DNA of 64,000 bases from Thecamonas trahens ATCC 50062 (lineage: Eukaryota; Protista; Apusomonadida): the NCBI RefSeq assembly GCF_000142905.1, contig NW_013657677.1, forward strand, positions 458,024 through 522,023, written 5' to 3'. Positions 40,687-52,628 of this stretch are shown here, piece by piece. Positions within the stretch are counted from its first letter, which is position 1. The number at the start of each line of letters is the position of its first letter. Position numbers and translations under genes: made by a program. The notes below the pieces were generated by a model, which was not told where the DNA came from, searched no databases, and saw nothing but the letters and a program-made list of their open reading frames with translations.

Positions 40687-42840
40687 ATGTCAGACTCGGC
40701 TACCGGCAGAGAGAGTGCGAGTGGCGATGGTGACAGCCTGGTCCTCCGCTGCTATGTGACCGGCTCGTGGGACGTCCACACTCGGACGTACTCGCGGAGG
40801 GTGACCATCGATGACGAGACGCGGTCGGATGGGGCCCACGTTGCGCTGGCCCGGGCAGTTATTGCGGCAATGGAAGGCGTGCTTCCGCCAGAGCTGGCTC
40901 GAGAAGGCGCAGAGTTTGAGATCGGCGCGTGGGACGAGGTACTCGGCGACTACGTCGTTATCGAGTCGGACGCTGCGTCCAAGGAGCTGTTGGCTGCCGC
41001 CGGCGATGCCGACGCCCGCCCACCGAGGCTGCGGCTGTATGGCACGCCGCCGGCGGATTGGACTATGAGTCCGTCGCCGCCACAACGCGAGCCGGAGAGG
41101 CAATCCGTCATTGCTAGCGGCGGGACGGGATCGCCAATGCCGGCGCGCGCCGTCGACAACGACCACGATCGTCAGCGTGAGCTTCTGTACACACGCTCGG
41201 GCTCGTCAAGTGAGTCGCGGTCTTCGTGGTCTGGAGATGACAAGGCTGAAATTGTCGCCGAGGCCAGCGGCTCCGGTTCGTCGGCATCGCGTCCGGCGTC
41301 GTCGAGCTCGGTCCGCTCCGAGGAGCGACTGGCGGTGAAGACGGCGCTGCGCCAGCTGACTGCCGGCAACGACGGCGGACAAAAGCCAGCGCTCAAGCTC
41401 CCGATGCGACGCATGGACAAGTGGCGCAAGGGTGGGAACCGCGGCTCGCGGGCATCCAAGGCGACACCAAGCCCATCGGGCGCCGCTGCCAACCGGATGT
41501 TTCCGCTCACCGGCGTGGTGGAGGAGTCACCGTTCACAGTTCCTGCCGACCATCCGTTTGTCAACGGCCGGTACCGGCTTACCATCTACGACTACTCGGC
41601 GTCGTCGATTGCTATGTTTGAGGCGCCGAATGTCGAGTATCTACAGGAACGACCACGGCCAGCGTGGGCCACCATGCGCTGGATCCACGTCGAGGGCATC
41701 GACAAAGACATCATCGAGGCGCTGGCCGCCATGTACGAGCTGCATCCACTGGCAGTTGAAGACTCCATGACCACACCACAGCTTGCCAAGGTCATGCGGC
41801 TGCCATCGCAGCTTTTTGCCGTCTTTAACGCCTTTCACATGTACATCCACGGCGAGGATGAAGAAGCCGCCGCGGATGGGCCGTCCGCAGGGGGAGGCGC
41901 CGGCTCGATTGCACCGACACCATCAGCTGTCGACGAAGGCACTGTCCTCGGCCGGACCGATGCTAGCACCGGCTCGTCGCCACCGGTGATGGGCATGGAG
42001 CCGCTAGGCGTGGCTGGCGCAGGCAAGGAAGCCGCGTCCGAGGTCGGCTTGGCGTCCGACGGCTCTGCAGACTCAACGGCGTCGGAGCCACTTGCGGCTG
42101 TCGACCGGGCCGAGTTCCGAATGGAACAGATCGCGGTCTTTACCACTACGTCCGACCGCACGTGCATCGTAGTTCAAGAGGGCAAGTATCCAGAGGGCTC
42201 GTTTGTGGCGGTCTGGCAGCCTGTCCTAGCCCGGCTGATGTATGACGGCTCCAAGGTCCGCGAGCACGGCGCAGCCTTCCTACTCTACACCATCCTCGAC
42301 TCGGTGGTCGACAACGTAGTGCCGATCACCTCGTACTGGTCGCTGCAGCTCGAGGAGCTCGACCTCGCGATGACGACCGACGTGCTGCCGACGGCCGTCG
42401 AGCAGTATGCGACGGCGGTGCGGTCGCTCAAGCGCGAGCTGAAGCTGCTGCGGCGGCTGCTGTGGCCGATGTCGGCCATGACGAACCGCCTGCAGATGGA
42501 GGACGATGCCGTCGATCCCACAACCAAGCTCTATCTCTCGGACGTCGCCGACCACATCAAGCTCAACATCGAGGCCATCGACACGTACATCGAGACCTCA
42601 GACTCGCTCATCGAGTTTGTTACCGACGCCCAGAACCGGCGGATGAACGACGTGATGAAGACGCTCACCGTCATGTCCACCGTCTTTCTCCCGGCCTCGT
42701 TCATGGCCTCGGCCTACGGCATGAACTTTGACGACATGCCCGAGCTCGGCTGGGAGTGGGGCTACCCAGGCTTCTGGACCATCGCCATCCTCCAGGCCGC
42801 CTTCCAGATTCTCTACTTTCGTCGCATCGGCTGGCTCTGA
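40687..42840 (+). CDS. CorA-family Mg2+ transporter with an N-terminal PB1-like domain
   Basis: RWIHVEG, LHPLAVED, LLYTILDSVVD, YLSDVADH, MNDVMKTLTV.STVFLP.SF...YGMNF..MPEL.W.WGYP. Confidence 0.93.
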   Translation: MSDSATGRESASGDGDSLVLRCYVTGSWDVHTRTYSRRVTIDDETRSDGAHVALARAVIAAMEGVLPPELAREGAEFEIGAWDEVLGDYVVIESDAASKELLAAAGDADARPPRLRLYGTPPADWTMSPSPPQREPERQSVIASGGTGSPMPARAVDNDHDRQRELLYTRSGSSSESRSSWSGDDKAEIVAEASGSGSSASRPASSSSVRSEERLAVKTALRQLTAGNDGGQKPALKLPMRRMDKWRKGGNRGSRASKATPSPSGAAANRMFPLTGVVEESPFTVPADHPFVNGRYRLTIYDYSASSIAMFEAPNVEYLQERPRPAWATMRWIHVEGIDKDIIEALAAMYELHPLAVEDSMTTPQLAKVMRLPSQLFAVFNAFHMYIHGEDEEAAADGPSAGGGAGSIAPTPSAVDEGTVLGRTDASTGSSPPVMGMEPLGVAGAGKEAASEVGLASDGSADSTASEPLAAVDRAEFRMEQIAVFTTTSDRTCIVVQEGKYPEGSFVAVWQPVLARLMYDGSKVREHGAAFLLYTILDSVVDNVVPITSYWSLQLEELDLAMTTDVLPTAVEQYATAVRSLKRELKLLRRLLWPMSAMTNRLQMEDDAVDPTTKLYLSDVADHIKLNIEAIDTYIETSDSLIEFVTDAQNRRMNDVMKTLTVMSTVFLPASFMASAYGMNFDDMPELGWEWGYPGFWTIAILQAAFQILYFRRIGWL

Positions 42841-42944
42841 CCGTGCCCGGCTCGCCCGCCCACCCGCCCCGCCCACTCCCCTCAGCCCAGTACCAGTACC
42901 AATCCAAAACACAGAACGAGTGCCACCTCACCCCCTCACTTAAC

Positions 42945-43981
42945 ATGCAGCACGCTCTACTCCTCCTCCCACTCCTCCTCCTCCTTACAGTCGCAGCGGC
43001 GTCTGACGGCACCCCGCCACCGGCGCTCGTCTCGTTCACTGTCGATGAAGCGGTGGTGGGCTCGACCTCGGTCTCGGTGAGCGGCACCACGTGCACCTTT
43101 ACCTTCGATACCCGACCAGCCAACACACCAAACCCGCCGCCGCCGAGCCCGCCGCCGCCAGCGACTGGCGAGGCCGAGCCGGTGGCCAAGATCATGGCCA
43201 TGCTCGTTGCTGAGCTGCCCAAGTCACCGTGCCTGGTCCACACCGATGGACTCGGCTACACGTACGAGGTGTGCGCAGGCCGCGGCGGGCGGATCACACA
43301 GACCGGACTAGGCGAGAACAACGTGGTTGGCGTCTTTAAGGGTCCTGGTGGGCCCATCGGCGCCACGGTCCTCTACGACGGCGGCGATCGATGCTTTGAC
43401 ACGGGTGCCCCACGCATCGCCTTTCTGCACTTTGTCTGCCCCACGGCCGTCCCGCCACAGCTCGCGCTGCCGGCCGGCGCCGAGCTCCCGACCATCGTCT
43501 CTGTCGCCGAGCTTGCCAAGTGCGAGTACTCGTTTTTCATCGCCTCGGAGACGGTGTGCGGCGACGACCGCTTCGACGCACAGCCAACGACCGGCGTGAC
43601 TGAGGCCAAGCGGACGCAGCAGCGCACCGCGACACCGGGCCAGAGCTCCCGCACTGCTTCGCGTTGGGTCCTGGAGATCTCGCCGGTGGCCGATGCCGCT
43701 GGCTCGCGTCGCTTCCTCTGCTCCGCCACACTCTCGTATGAGGCCGAGGACCCGCCCCGCTCGCACTCACCTCGTTTGCGCTCTCCTTCGATCCGCCGTC
43801 GTCGCCGCTCGCCGCCCGGGTCCGCGCCGCCGACTACCGGCGACTGGATGTTGACCAGCCCGATTGGATTGCGGTCGATGGAAGCGTGGCGACCACGGCT
43901 GCTTTTGAAGTTCTTTCGCCGGCCCAACGTCCGGTCGTCGTCGCCGTCTCGGCCATCGCCAGGCGTGAGAGTTTGCAGTGA
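42945..43981 (+). CDS. Secretory-pathway MRH-domain protein (OS-9/PRKCSH-like), frame break at ~43757
   Basis: Signal peptide, CL....YTYEVC...ITQ, YDGGDRC, R......C, E..KCEY. A codon-typical C-terminus (PLALTSFALSFD...RESLQ*) continues in the -1 frame. Confidence 0.7.
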
Positions 43982-44322
43982 CGAGTGCTGACATCACTTC
44001 AGTGCTGTATCTGCTGTGATGGTGCGGGCCTTTTGAGCCAATTAAGAAATCTCATCCCGCGCCCTATCCGTTTGACCAATTGTGAGAATTGCTCGCTCCC
44101 CGCCCGCATGCTGTAGTGGACCACACAAGTGACAGCAAAGACTCGACCCAAGCCAAGGAGTCAAGTTTCCTTCCTTCCTTCTTACGCCCATCCCACGTGC
44201 AAGCTCGTACAACTTGTCCACAACCACCTCCAGTGCAGATCACTGCTGTCCTCGCGCACGTGTGAGGGTTTTGTGCGAGCCTTCCTGAAGCCCAGCTCAA
44301 AAAACAACAACCTCATTCAACA

Positions 44323-47300
44323 ATGTTCGAAACTGCCAGTCCCAGTTCTCAACGCCATCGAATTGCCGCGCCACAGACCGGCGACTACCGATGCGAGGAT
44401 GGACCATGTGCGAGTAGCGGTGCCAAGCCCTGGACACACTCCTCGTCGCCGCCCTCATTGCCGTCGACGTCACCTCCTTCTAGTCCGGAGCTATCACCGC
44501 CTGTCCTGCCCCTGCGCTTGGCGTCTCCCCATAGGGAAGCCATGTCGCACTCGGCTCGCGGGGAGATTGGCCCGCCGGCGCTCCACGTCCTTGTTTCGCC
44601 CGAAGCAGCTACTGCCCACAGCGTGGTGTCGTCCACGGCCACCTCATTGGCATCGCCGGCATCCCCATTGTCGGCTTCGCCGCCGGCATCGTCATCACCG
44701 GCGTCGTCGGCCTCGGACGACGCCTCGCTCTCGTGCTCGTTCTCTCGCCGCATGATCTCTTCGACCGACGACGATGCTTCGGTCTCGTCGCGCGGGGCGT
44801 CGCTCACCATTGCCCGGCTTAATGCGCACCGTGTCGGTCGGCAGCAGGAGACATCGGTGACGTTCTCGGCGTCGCGGACCAAGCAGCTGCCCCGGCCTGG
44901 CCCGACCGCCACCGCCTCGCCGCTTGCTGGCCCGCGGCTCGGCACCATCATCGCCTCGGCCTCGCCGGCAAACTCTTCCGAGCACAACGAGGTCCAGCTC
45001 GTCTCGACAACCGGCGCTTCCAAGACACTTGAGGCTGTTCTCTGGACCGACCTCACCGTCGGCTCTCGCCTCGGCTCTGGTGGCTTTGGTGAGGTCTGGA
45101 CCGGGTTCTGGGGCGCGACGCCTGTAGCCATCAAGCGCCTCTCGCCCAAGGGCGAGGAGTCGCAGCAGGTAGCCGACCTTGTAGCTGAGGCATCGGTTCT
45201 TGCCTCGCTCTCACATCCCAATATTGTTCAGCTGTTGGCGGTCTGCACCGACGCGCCCAACCTGGCCATTGTCACCGAGCTCATGGAGTCTGGCGACCTC
45301 CATGCCGCGCTCTTTGGCTCGTCACGCCATCGCCGTCGCACGCCCGAACCTGCCAGCTCTACGGCGTCAGCGTCGTCATCTGACTCATCACCGGGCTCGA
45401 GCAACAACAAGTCAGGCGGCCGTGCCACAACCTCGTCAGGTTCGTCGAGCTCAGTGCCCTCCGGTGGCGCCGGCTCCAAGACTAGCACGCCGTCGTCGCC
45501 ATACTCGTCGCCGTGGTCTTCAATCCGCACATCGGCGCGGTCGTCGTTCTTCTCCCCCGCGCTCTCGGGGCGGCACAGTGCGTCTGGATCGCCGCTACTT
45601 GCAAGCGGCCAGCTCTCGGACAGGCTCAAGCTCTCGATTCTCCACGGCGTGGCATGTGGCATGGAGTACCTCCACCGGCACGGCATTTTGCACTGCGATC
45701 TCAAGCCGCGCAACATCCTGCTCTCTCGCGGCGGCTCTGTGGTCAAAGTTGCCGACTTTGGTCTCGCAGTCACGCTGCAAGACGACGAGACTCGCGGCTT
45801 TGCCGGCACTCCGCGCTATGCAGCGCCCGAAGTCATCATGGGTGATGCACCGACGGCCGCCGCAGACGTATTTTCCTTTGGCGTTCTCCTCTACGAGACC
45901 GCTACCCAGATGCGTGCCTTTGGCTCGGTCTCGCGAATCAAGAACTGTTACGCCCCTCTCCTGCCGCGTGCAGTCCTTAGGTCGACGACGACACTCGACG
46001 CCGACCTGCCAGATGTCTTCCACTCGCGCCTCTTCCGCATGGTCCTCCCGCTCATTGTGACCTGCATCGCTGAAGATCCGGTCGCCCGGCCGAGCTTTGC
46101 GGACCTCGCTGTCGCGTTTGCCTCGCTCGAGCAGCATGCCGCACAGGTGGGCCAGATTTTCCCGTCGGTCCCGCCGCTGCCGGACCCGGCTACCTCACTT
46201 GCGCGGCCCGATCTCGTGCGAACCGCTGTCCGGCTCCTTACCCAGTCTGTCAACGTTCTTGCCCATCCAGCAGGTGTTTGTTCGACATCACACGGGGCTA
46301 GTCGGTCGGCGGGTGGCCACAAGGCCGGGCTTTTACTCTCTGCTCCTGCCGGCGCAGGCAAAACCTGGCTCGCCACCCACGTTGCCCACAACCGTGAAGT
46401 GGGCGCTGCCTTTGTCGACGGCATCCACTGGTTCACCCTAGGCGCCCACCTCGAGCTATCGGCGCTGTATCCGGCGCTCGCACGCGAGCTCGGTATCAAG
46501 CTCTCGACACACCAGCAGCGGTCGATCAAGGCTGCCCGCGAGGCGCTCACGGCTGCCATAGCCTCGGCTTCCCTGCTCCTCGTCCTCGACAACCTGTCAT
46601 CTCCCGCGGAGCTTGCGCTTTGCGACGTACTGAGCGCTGCACCGCGCTCGCGGCTGCTTATTACGGCCCGCTCCGACGTGGCCCCAATGCTGCGCGGGCC
46701 AGCGTTACCACGACTCGACGCCTTTGCTCTGCCTCCGCTCTCAGACGCCGACGCGCGGGCGCTGCTTGCGCTTGCTGCGGCGTGCCCCATTAACGACCTT
46801 CCGCCCGAGGCCGACCCACTCCTAGTCGAGTGCGAGTCGCTGCCGATTGCGCTATCCCTCGTCGGAGCTGTCGTGGCCCACAAGCGCCAGTCGGCGTGGA
46901 AGTTTGCCCTTGACCAGGTGACCGAGTCCAAGTCGCGTGGGCTCTCGCCGCTGCGAATGGCGACTGCGCTCACGGTCCGTGCCATGCATGCGCTCCGGTT
47001 CCGATTTCTTGACCTGCAAGTCCTTCCGACGCTCACGCTGTTGCCCATCGACCCGCTGGTGGTCCTCTGGGGCTCGTTACCGGAGCCGCTCTCCGAGTAC
47101 GACATCGATGCCGTGCTCGACGAGTTTGCAAGGCATGGGCTCGTGCGGCTGTCGAACCCATCGACCTCGTCGCACGCTGTGTTGGCCTTTACCATTCTGC
47201 CCAATGCCGCCGATTATCTGGCATGGGAAGTACGGGCTGATACTCGCCGACATGTTGCAGCCCACGCCGCCATTCTCGACGCGTACAAGACCACGAGCAA

Positions 47301-50300
47301 GCTCCAATCGTGGGTCTGCGGTCCTGTTACCCACGACGCGTACTACCGGCAGCACACTGTACGGCACTTGCTTGCGGTCAACGCTCTCCAAGACGCAATC
47401 GACCTTGTCACGTCGTTTGAGTGGTATCTCAAGTCTTCACGCGCCGAGCGCGACGCCGAGCCGTGGCTCTCGGCTGGCGCAGATGGCCTTGCATCGTATC
47501 TTGCCGACTTGGGGCGCGTGGTGATGGCGGCCAAGCGGGCACGGCTGCCGGTGGTCAAGGACCTTCTCTTGCTCCGCGAGCTGTTTTCTCTCTCGCGGTC
47601 TGCGCTCCTGCGGTACCCATCTATGGTCGGCTACCAGTTTCTCGGCCGGCTGTGGCCGGTGCCTGACCTCGCGGATGTACCTGTGGCCATTGCGCGGTTT
47701 GTGGACGCTGCTCTTGTGCACAAGTCACGCGGACACTTGCTGTATGTGCCGCGGACTCGCCTGCTCACCGCGCACGGAGGCGCGATGGACTCGGTCCTCC
47801 GCTCGCATCCTCACCCGATCCATGATGTTGTCTCACTCGGAGGACCGATGTTTGCCTCGCTCTGTGCCGACTCGGTCTGTGTCTGGGACATTAGTGCCGA
47901 GGCCTGGCACGAGTACCCGCTCGGCTTTCTCATGCCGCCAACGCTTGGAGGCTCACCAAGCCCCAACACAGCTGGTGTGGGAGGCGGTCCCGGATTAAGT
48001 GCCAGAGCCTCGTCTGGCCTGCAGTTGCTCGGCAGTGACGGCTTCCTCGGCATTGTCGCCGACGGCTGTATCCGCATCTTCTCGGTAGACGCCGACGCAG
48101 GCGTTGGCTCGGCCATCAACGAGTACAACTCGTACACTCGCGGGTCGTCGGCGGTGATCACCAGCGCAGCCCTAGTCGAAATGGATGACGACATGTACAT
48201 TGTCATGCTGGTGTGCAGCGAGGGCTGTGCGACGCTCCGGGCGAGGCTGCTGACACCGGCTGGTTTTACGCCCAACTCGTCTCCGGCCTGCTCGCCGGCG
48301 CCGAGCGGCCTCGACGGTGCGGGCCTCGTCGAGGCTATCGAGCTGCCAAGCGGGCTCGGTTACGTTGATGTGCTGCCTGCGCGCGAGGCGCCGCTGGCTG
48401 CAGTTGTGGCGCCGCAAGCAGGCATTGTCACCGTCGTCGATTATGACGTCGGCGCGGTCCTATTCCATGCCACACTCCCGGTCTCGGTCCGTATCGCTGA
48501 CATGTCGGTGGTCGAGTTGGCTTGCGATGGTACCATGCTCGCTGTTGCGTCGCCAGACCGGATCCTCCTGTGGACGACCGAGAACGACGGTAGCTGCTTG
48601 TTTGACCTCGCCAACGCCGTCGAGCCTATGGTCACACTCGACGTCAAGCACGCCAGCGCTTTGCAGTTTGTGCCCGAGTCGACGCTCTTGCTCGTCAGCC
48701 AGCCGTCTGGCCACTTGTGCGTTGCCTCGACGGCGTCTGGGAGGATGCTCGGCAAGCTCCGCGTCCACGTCCCGACAGCCGTCACAGCACTCTCGGCCGC
48801 CAAGGTTGACGACCGGTACATGGTGGTCTCTGGCGACGCCGACGGTGTGCTTGGGGTGTGGTCGGCTAGTGGACTTGTCAACCAGCTCTCGACTATGTCG
48901 CTGGCAGGCGGTGCGCACCGTGGGCTCGCCCACCGCGCGCCGGTCACCTCGCTTGCGGTCCATCCTGACGGAAGCCTGGTGGTGACCGGCTCGAGCGACC
49001 GAACGCTGCGTGTGTACTCCAGTGACTCGCAGACGGTGGTCGCCATTCTTGTGGGCCACAGTTCACGAGTTATTGCCCTGACCTGGATGAGCAAGACCAT
49101 GCTTGCGTCCATTGACGACAACGGCACGGTCGCGCAATGGCATGTATCTAGAGCAGACGCCCACATGGTGGCCAAGGGTGCGCTGCCGACGCTCGGCGCC
49201 GTCGGTGCTGCGGTATGGCTCGGCACCCGCATCTTTGTCGGCTTTACCAACGTCATGGATCGCATTCCGGCCGTCCAGGCCTTTGACATGGTCCGCTCCG
49301 AGGGCGGAACCGGCGCCGTGCTGGACCTACCGTTTGTCCACGGCTTTACCGGTGTGGCCGGCTCGTTTCTCGCTGCTGCGTCATGTCTCCTTGTCACTCG
49401 TTGCTCGCTTCCCGACTCAACGTCTGCCGTGGTCCACAACACCTCGACGCTGAAGCCGGTAGCACGGCTGGAGGGACTCCACTTTGCGCCGCTGACCTGT
49501 GCACACATGCTCGAGGTTGCATCGCGGGTGTTTGTGGCAACGGGCGCGCTCGACAATTCGGTGGTAGTTTGGGACGCCCGTAGCGGCGCCGCGCTCTGCA
49601 CGTTGACAACCCGCAACGGGACGGTGGCGGCATTGCGACTGTTCACATTTCACGGCTCGCCGTCACTGCATCTCGCAGTTGCCGACACCGGGCGATCGCC
49701 GGGCATACTTGTGGTGGCGCTGCGCGCGGCGGCGCTTGCGTCCGGCACGGTCTCTTCTGACGGTGACGGCGAAGGCGAGAAGGCTAAGAGCCGGTTGCGG
49801 CGCAAAGCCAAGTCGCGCCGACGTCGCAAGGGCAAGTCATTGCTCAAGGGCACTGTCTTGGAGGAGCTTGCGGACGCAACCATGCTGCGGGTCTTCTCGC
49901 GGCGGATCCACCAGCTCGACGCCGGGTGTGCGCTGCTGGAGGTGTGTGACTCGGGCGCATCGCTGTTTGTGGTGGTAACCGAGGCGCGAACGTTCCACCA
50001 TCTAACGTCGCTCGCGGTGCTTCGTGACGCAGCCGAGGCCGACCAACAGCGCGGCGTACTCGAGACGCTGTGGCACTCGCTGCGGAGCGCGTGGCATCGT
50101 GCGCAGTGGCATGAAAACCGGCTGCATGATTCGCGTGCAGTCCGCAACGCCTCTGTCGGGTACCTTGTGACTCACGCAGGGCAGAGCCGTGGCCAGATTG
50201 CGGAGCAACCGGTCTCGCTCGAGCTGCTGCGAGCCAACGCAGTGGTGGTGGTGAAGACTGCAGGCCGGGTGTACGTATGGCGTGGCCCGCGGGCGCCACG

Positions 50301-52475
50301 GCGAGTCATGGTGCGGGCCATCACACTGGCGCAGTCGCTGACAAAGCAAGGTCGACGAATGCCGCTGGTGATCCTGGGTGCATGCGATGGTGTTGCGCGC
50401 GGCGTGTCCAAGACGATGAACAAGGATCTTTTCGCGATTGAGCCGCCGTACGACGCGCTCTGGCGTGTGCTTGTGCCTCCCGAGTCGGAGGGCAACTACG
50501 CGCAAGTGGCGCAGGTCAAGGCGGCCGACGAGCTGCGACCGGTCTCTGTCGAGTGGCTGCGGGCGCTGGCGGCCGAGTGGCAGCGGCTGCACGAGGTGTG
50601 CGACGACCGTGCGGATGGTCTCGTGGCGCGCGAGGTGGCCCGCGGTGTGCTCTACTCAGAGTACCTTTCTTCAAGCGGTGTGTTCCTCATCGGGACCCTG
50701 GTTGGGCTCTGGGTCTGGGTCGGCGACGATGTACCCGAGGGCTTGCGAGCCAAGGTGCTTCAGCTCGTCCGCGAGATGGACAACAGTGCAGGGTCTGGCG
50801 ATGATGGGCGAATGCTGCTGAACACGTATCCGTGGGATGCGGAGCAACGGCCGATGGCATGGCAAAGGCTCCAGGTGGTGTATGACGGCTCAGAGCCGGT
50901 CATTTTGCGTTCTGCACTCTCTACGGCTGCCGCGCCGAGTTCGGAAGAGAGCTCGCCGCTCAGCACGGCGGCATGGACGGGCGATTCGTCGACCGCGAGC
51001 CAATCGGCGCCGTCGGTATCGTCTGCCGGCGCGCCGCGCGATCTTTGGATGGAGCTTGCGGATGGGCCAGAGTCGTGGTACGAGCCGGCGCGATACGGGC
51101 TGCCGTGGCTGGAGCAGCGGGCGCTGATGAGCGCGGCGTCGACAACGACGACCAGCACAGGTTCATCGGGTGGCTCGGGAGCAGAGCTGGAGCGCGTACA
51201 CGACTCGCAGATCCGCATTCTCTCGCGGGTCTTGTGCTTGTTGAGGACAGTGAGCGGGCGTGGCAGTGGGACGAGTTTGGTTCTGTCTTTTTCATGGGCT
51301 GCGCCATGGTTGTATGTGCCATTGTCCAGTACCCGAGCCAGACGGCTGAGGTGGCGGCAAGTGGCGGCATGGTGACGCGGGCGCATGTGTGGCTCTGGGT
51401 CGGCGAGGAGCTGGCGAGCGGAAGCAACAGTGCATCGTCGTCGATCTCGGAGAGCGCGTCGTCGCACGACCATCTGCTGAATGCAGTCTCGAGTGCGATG
51501 TGGATGCAAGACCTACAGCTAGGTATGCCGGGTACGCCGGTGGTGACGCTGGTCCGGGCTGGATGCGAGGATGGCGTCTTCCGCATGGTCGTGCCGAACA
51601 TGGTGGTGCTTCGCGGGTCGCCGCGGCGGTTTGAGAGCTGTGACGAGATTCTCAGTCGGGCACTGGCATTCAAGGTTGGCTCGTCGTCGAGCTCGCACTC
51701 GGCAGCCGATGGCGAGGGCGAGAACATTGCGGAGATTGGCGTGCCGTCGCCGTCACTGTCGCCGTCGCCGCTGGTGCCTGCACCCGGGGTCGATGATGGC
51801 GGCATGCGGTTCCATGTCAACGCACGGACGCGGATGGTGGTGGAGCTGGTTGACTGCTGCGAGTCAGCAAGCGTGCTGGATGCTTCATCGGTGTACGCAG
51901 TCGTGGCGCCGCCGTCTGTGCGAATGTGGGCCGGACCGGGGGCGTCGGAACGCGCCCGCGACGTGGCAACGCACCTGGTGGGCGAAACGAGCGCTATGTT
52001 CGAGCGGCTGCTGGGTGTGTCGATGCAGCCGCTTGCGGTAGCTGCGGCTGGCATGGCGCCAACAGCAATTGGGCTGAACGGAGAGACTACCAATGTGTGG
52101 CGCGGGTCAGAGCTCTTTATGATTGTCGACTTTTCCGGCCCGGTCGACAACCCGGTGGTGACGGTCCATCCAGTCCTTGACGAGCGGCGGGGCGAGGTGG
52201 CGCTGCGGACGCGGTTGCTGGACGATCTGGCGACGTCGGCATTTCTGGTAGTTGTCTTTCCGGACGCGTCTGTCCACGGGCGGCAGGTCGGCTGGTGGTC
52301 GCGGTCGCCGCGGCCCGAGGCCAGCCACCTCGACGCGCTGGCCGGCCTTGCCTCGCGGTTCTTGGCCAGCAGCGGTCCCGAGCCACCAGTATTTACTTCT
52401 GGCAAGCCTGCTGCCGCCACTGACCTGCTGTTTGAGCTTGATCGCGTCGATCTTGATCTTGCGTTTGTACTGTAA
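44323..52475 (+). CDS. Multidomain protein: TKL kinase, NB-ARC (Apaf-1-like STAND), WD40, gelsolin/villin-like repeats (frame break at ~51227)
   Basis: Kinase: GSGGFGEV, VAIK, HCDLKPRN, DFGLA, GTPRYAAPE. STAND: APAGAGKT, F.DGIHW, LLLVLDNL, RLLITAR, C.SLPIAL. WD40: AHRAPVTSLAVHPDGSLVVTGSSDRTLRVY, VATGALDNSVVVWD. Gelsolin-like: VYVWRG, LWVWVG, GSEP, VWLWVG, RMWAG. Confidence 0.85.
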
Positions 52476-52628
52476 CAAAGTCGACATGTAGCTGTCTGGG
52501 TGTGTGGGCTATTGGGGACCAGCCGGCGGGTGGGCTGCAGGTGGCGGGCCGACCAACGGGCGAGTGGCGGTTGACGGCGGGGCGAAACACGCAACTCTGA
52601 CCCTCCCCCACAGCGACACAGCAGGACG

